Positions 59,816 to 64,000 of a DNA stretch of 64,000 nucleotides are shown here, in pieces. The notes beneath the pieces are model-generated. The model worked only from the letters and a program-made list of their open reading frames with translations, searched no databases and was not told the origin of the DNA. Position numbers and translations under genes: made by a program. Source of the DNA: Sphaerodactylus townsendi (taxonomy: Eukaryota); assembly GCF_021028975.2 (NCBI RefSeq), contig NC_059427.1, positions 122,388,001 to 122,452,000 of the forward strand, given 5' to 3'. Numbering within the stretch: position 1 is the stretch's first letter; each line of letters begins with the position of its first letter.

Positions 59816-61693
59816 CTGAAATTGTAACAAACAAATTGTCAGCTTTCTTCCAACAGTTTCAGATTATGTCCACATCCTTGTTGTAGGAAATGGTAGCTGT
59901 TTTTCTTCAGATTGTCTAAAATGCTCCAATCCATGGTATCTAATATGTAAAGAATGACCATATGCAGTGCTGGCAAATAGACGATTAATATAATCTAATA
60001 AGTTATATTTACTTTAGTTATTGATTGTCCTATTGTCCCATTGAAACAAATTCATCCTGATCATTTGAAGTCCCTTCTGCAGTCAGTAGAACTTAATCAT
60101 GTTCACTCAGAATAACAAAATTGAACTCAATTCAAAATGCCTTCTATAAATTACAGCAAGGGTTCTCACGAAAGAAACAAATAGTGCAGTGAAAGGTGAG
60201 GGAAGTGGAAAAATGCATCAAGGAGTTTAACAAGGAAACAATTCAATGTTTTGTGAGTTTTCTTGTTTAATCTTTGAAGCATGTAAATGGTACAAGGCCT
60301 TTCTCTTCAAGATCCCAGAAACCACTGGCCTGTATCCTACTACTCCACTATCTAAAGTCTGAAGACTTCCTTCATCCGAAGGAACCTTCATCCAATTTAA
60401 GTGACTGTTCTGTCAACTTCAAGTCTCTTCAAGGAATTTCCTCCAGCCTAAGGTGGGATGCTGCCCATTCCTGTGTGTTAAAGCTCAGGCAGAAAAACAG
60501 GATGCCCTTCAAAGTGTTGAGTTATAGGGTAACAGTGGAAGAGACTGAGCAAGCACTTTTTCAAAATCTTCCAAACAATATCCAGTGGTTTAGATCCTAA
60601 CTTCATTTTATATTTGGAGAAGTCTGGGCACTTCTGCACATGCAGAATAATGCACTTTCAATCCATTTTCACAATTGTTTGCAAGTGGATTTTGCTATTG
60701 CACACAGTAAAATCCAGCTGCAAAGTGCATTGGAAGTGGATTAAAAGTGTGTTATTCTGCACGTGTGAAAGTGCCCTTAGATTCTTCTCTAAGCACTGCT
60801 GAACCCACATAAATTAGGATTCAATCTCACATTCCCCCTCCCCTTTAAAGCAGTGATGAAAACCTGTTGGTCAATTCACAAAGAATATTTTCAAGCCTGA
60901 GAATCTGTGGAGATGGGATACAATCAAACCAATAGTAGGGAGAATATGGTAAGCTTTCTAATTAAAGCAGTGTTGCTATTTCTTTATAAGGAGGAAAGAA
61001 ATACAATCACCCTGTCCATTACAAAGTCCACAGTTTGGAATATAAACAACACAAACCAGGCCCCACAAAATTGACCCCCCAAAATGCATGCAAAACATTT
61101 TTTAAAGTCAAATAAATGGAGTCATGACTGTATAGTGAACATTGTTGCTGTGAGACAAATGCCCTGCTTAATATCCGTAGCTATCATGGCAACAACCAGA
61201 GCTATTCTGCTGGCAGCTGGAAAAATTCATTGTCATGACAACCCTAAACAAAGTTTGATCTGTTGCTGACCCCCATAAATTCTCCCCCATGATAGAAAGT
61301 GCTCCAGGGTGCTTCCCGATTTTCTATGTACTAAAATTCAGATGTCACTGAGAGGGCTTTGTTTGAACCTTTCAGACTCTAATTTCAAACCCTGTGCAGA
61401 CAACTTGTTACTGTTGCTGGGGAGCTTGCCTTTTAGCACCAATTGCCCTTTTTCAAACAAAAGGAGAATAGGGTGGAGAGTGATTTAGAAATAAGTATTA
61501 CCTTCTGGTCTACACATGAAATCCAAGAAGGCAGTAAAGGTCTGAAGTGGTACAATGGATTGTACCACTTCAGATTGTAGGTGATCACATTCTTAGTGCA
61601 CTCCAAACTTACAACAACAACAAAAAACCACCTCTTGCATGCAAAAACTAGTCAGGTAATTACTAGCAAGTGCTGCAAGCTTTCTGCCTGGTA

Positions 61694-62160
61694 CAGAGGC
61701 GGGGCTACCAGGGGAAGGAGGGTGTACCACGCACCAGGCGCACGGTTTTGGATCATGTGGGGGGTGCAAAATCCCCCTCCCCCAGGCCCCTCCCCGGCCC
61801 CCCACACCCCCTGCGGCGCCCCCCTTCCTCCCTTCCCACACTTACCTTAGTTCCTTTCCTTTTCCTAGAACTTTTTCAGGCTGAAAAAAAAAGGCCTGTT
61901 CACAGTACAGGCTAAAAAACGGCCTGAGGAACTACAGTTCCCAGGAGACCTAGTTCCCATCAGGTGGTTTTTAAGCCTGAACTGTGAACAGGTGTTTTTT
62001 TCAGCCTGAAAACGTTCTAGGAAAAGGAAAGGAGCTAAGGTAAGTGAAGTAAGTGTGGGAAGGGGGGAAGGGGGTGCCGCAGGGGGCACCACAGGGGGCG
62101 CCCCGGGGAGCGGAAAATATAGACTGCACACGGGCGCAGTTTGGCCCAGCTACACCTCTG
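61694..62160. mobile_element. hAT MITE (CAGAGGCG family; partial copy ~25354-25610)
   Basis: CAGAGGCG...TACACCTCTG; TSD GCCTGGTA/GTCTGGTA. Confidence 0.8.
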
Positions 62161-62994
62161 GTCTGGTAACCTGTGGCCCCACATCCATCTCCAGAGGGCC
62201 TTCATTCAGTTTAACTGCTACTGCCACAGCTGACCAGGAACAAATAGCCATAAAGACAGCAATCTTTTTTGGCTTATATTTATGAATGTATGCTCATAAT
62301 CACTGTGGAAATCAACACAATGTTGTAATGTTGTATTTAGAAGTGTATTAGCTTTGATTAAGTGAGGTCCTTTCCACACAAGCCCCTGAAAACATTTGGC
62401 AAACATTTTCAAAAAACCTCATTTGACTGCACTCACTTGCTCAAAAACACTTCCTGACTGCCATTTTGTGGTCATTCCGATTTTTTTAACTTCTTCAAAG
62501 TCTCATGCTGTGATTCTCTAGGGGTCATGTCTATGTAGCTATGTAGACACAATCCCCCAAATTTTAAAAAAAACTGATAGAAATATAGTGTTAGACAGCC
62601 AACACAAGCTCAGAAAATGGCACTGAGGAGGAATTCCAGGGACTGCAGAGAGGCAAGTGACAAAGCAAGTGACAATGTTTTTTTAAAAAAGAATTGCTTG
62701 GGAACAGCACGCAAATAAAATGTTTTCAGGGAGGAAATAAAGTGTTTTGGGCTAAAAACCATGCAGAACTCCCTGGAGGAAACATTTTATTTCCTGCCTG
62801 AAAATGTTTTATCTGTGTTGTGCAGAAAAGGCCAGTGTTCACATCTTCAAGAACTCTGAGGAATGCAGATGAAAGAAAGTAGGACTCCTCAACTATAGTG
62901 TAGGAGTCTGAGATTCAGTCTGAGCTTAGCTGCAAGGTCACACACAAGGCCTCAGTTCCAGATCTCTAAAATAGGAATAAATAAGTTAATTTAC

Positions 62995-63097
62995 CTGGAT
63001 GATGCAAGGAAGAAGGCAGAATGATCCAAGAAAGAAAAGCATTTTCATCTACAGCAGCCTGGCCCCCGGCAGCGATGACAGAGAGCAGCAGTGCCAT
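62995..63097 (-). CDS. Candidate upstream (first coding?) exon of the polycystin gene
   Basis: ATG preceded by in-frame TAA; MALLLSVIAAGGQAAVDENAFLSWIILPSSLHHP; phase-1 donor CAG|gtaaat compatible with the exon 6 acceptor. Confidence 0.35.
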
Positions 63098-64000
63098 TTA
63101 GGGAGGGCCTGCTATATTTCAAGCCTATTGCCTGTACAGTTATGCCTTCAGAACATTAGATCTGGTCTGGTTCAAAGAATATAAACATTGGACAACCATT
63201 ACTATAAATTAACTCTATTTAAGTACTAGGGATAATTCCAAAGACACAGATTCTATATTAATTTAAAAACAGAAGGAATATTACTTGACTGGGCTGCACT
63301 GATAGCTGTTGTTAAAAGTGATTGTTCTACACAAATGCCAGAATACCGAGCTTCGCTTCTTATCAATCTCTGGTGAATAGAAAAACTAGTCATCATTCAT
63401 TACGGTCAGCATTGGTACAGCTGCAACACTCAATCAGGTTAAGGCCATCCAAGGAAATAGTGCAAAAAGGGAATACACAATCACACAACCTCCCCAAATC
63501 CTAACCATGATTTTAAAAGACTATCCAGAATACATTACAATAAATTTACGGAAGCTTCTGAGGGTATGCACTTGAAGCAGAATTATGACCCTAGGAGGAA
63601 CTAGTTCTCATTTTATGGGAAGTGATTTATTATGGGCCAATGGACCCAGAATGACCCTTGTTCTGTTATATCACTAACTCATAGTAGAATCTCCATTCTT
63701 TACTTTAAATTGTGATCTCTGCCTAACAAATATATATATTTCAGTGCTTATTTATAAGGTTGGGGAGTTTGTGCTTATAGCGCCGCATTAATTCTTGTGT
63801 TTTATTCTGGAATGATTAATTTGGTGCATTTTCACAGCCCCAGAGCAGATCAACCATTTCTCTAGTATTTAAGGTCAAGGGTACAAATGAATTATTCTCT
63901 TTACTCAAAGGGTGATTAAAGTATGTATGAAATTAGCTTATCTGCACTGAGTTATCTGGTTAATATTCTCCTTGCACCAGCTGCGTCCATATACCATTTC

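Overview
Vertebrate genomic DNA, almost certainly a squamate and probably a gecko (Sauria-type SINE, tRNA/CORE SINEs with (CTT)n tails, CR1, Penelope fragments). One N gap lies at 5781-6008. Nearly the whole window is one minus-strand gene encoding a polycystin-1 family protein. I mapped 33 consecutive GT-AG exons (59815 down to 83; 10,192 nt, about 3,397 codons) with compatible phases. They match human PKD1 exons 6-38: C-type lectin, PKD repeats (3,665-nt giant exon), REJ, GAIN/GPS with intact HL^T, TM1, PLAT and TM2-TM6. The protein looks too divergent for the PKD1 orthologue and is probably the pkd1b paralogue. The gene continues past position 1 and its 5' exons are unresolved. The 10-kb intron 35 (7218-17422) is the most unusual region. 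It holds an internally deleted Helitron (OTU, 14-aa repeat and PIF1 remnants, plus an inverted copy of its own 5' end). It also holds a 6.8-kb fold-back element with ~2.5-kb inverted arms ending in AGTAGT...ACTACT, which resembles a non-autonomous Maverick/Polinton, although one arm looks like unpolished long-read sequence. The other introns carry many hAT MITEs with 8-bp TSDs, Harbinger-like MITEs, SINEs, CR1 pieces, minisatellites and Penelope pieces with hammerhead-ribozyme cores. Human exon sizes and TE family assignments are from memory, not from a search.
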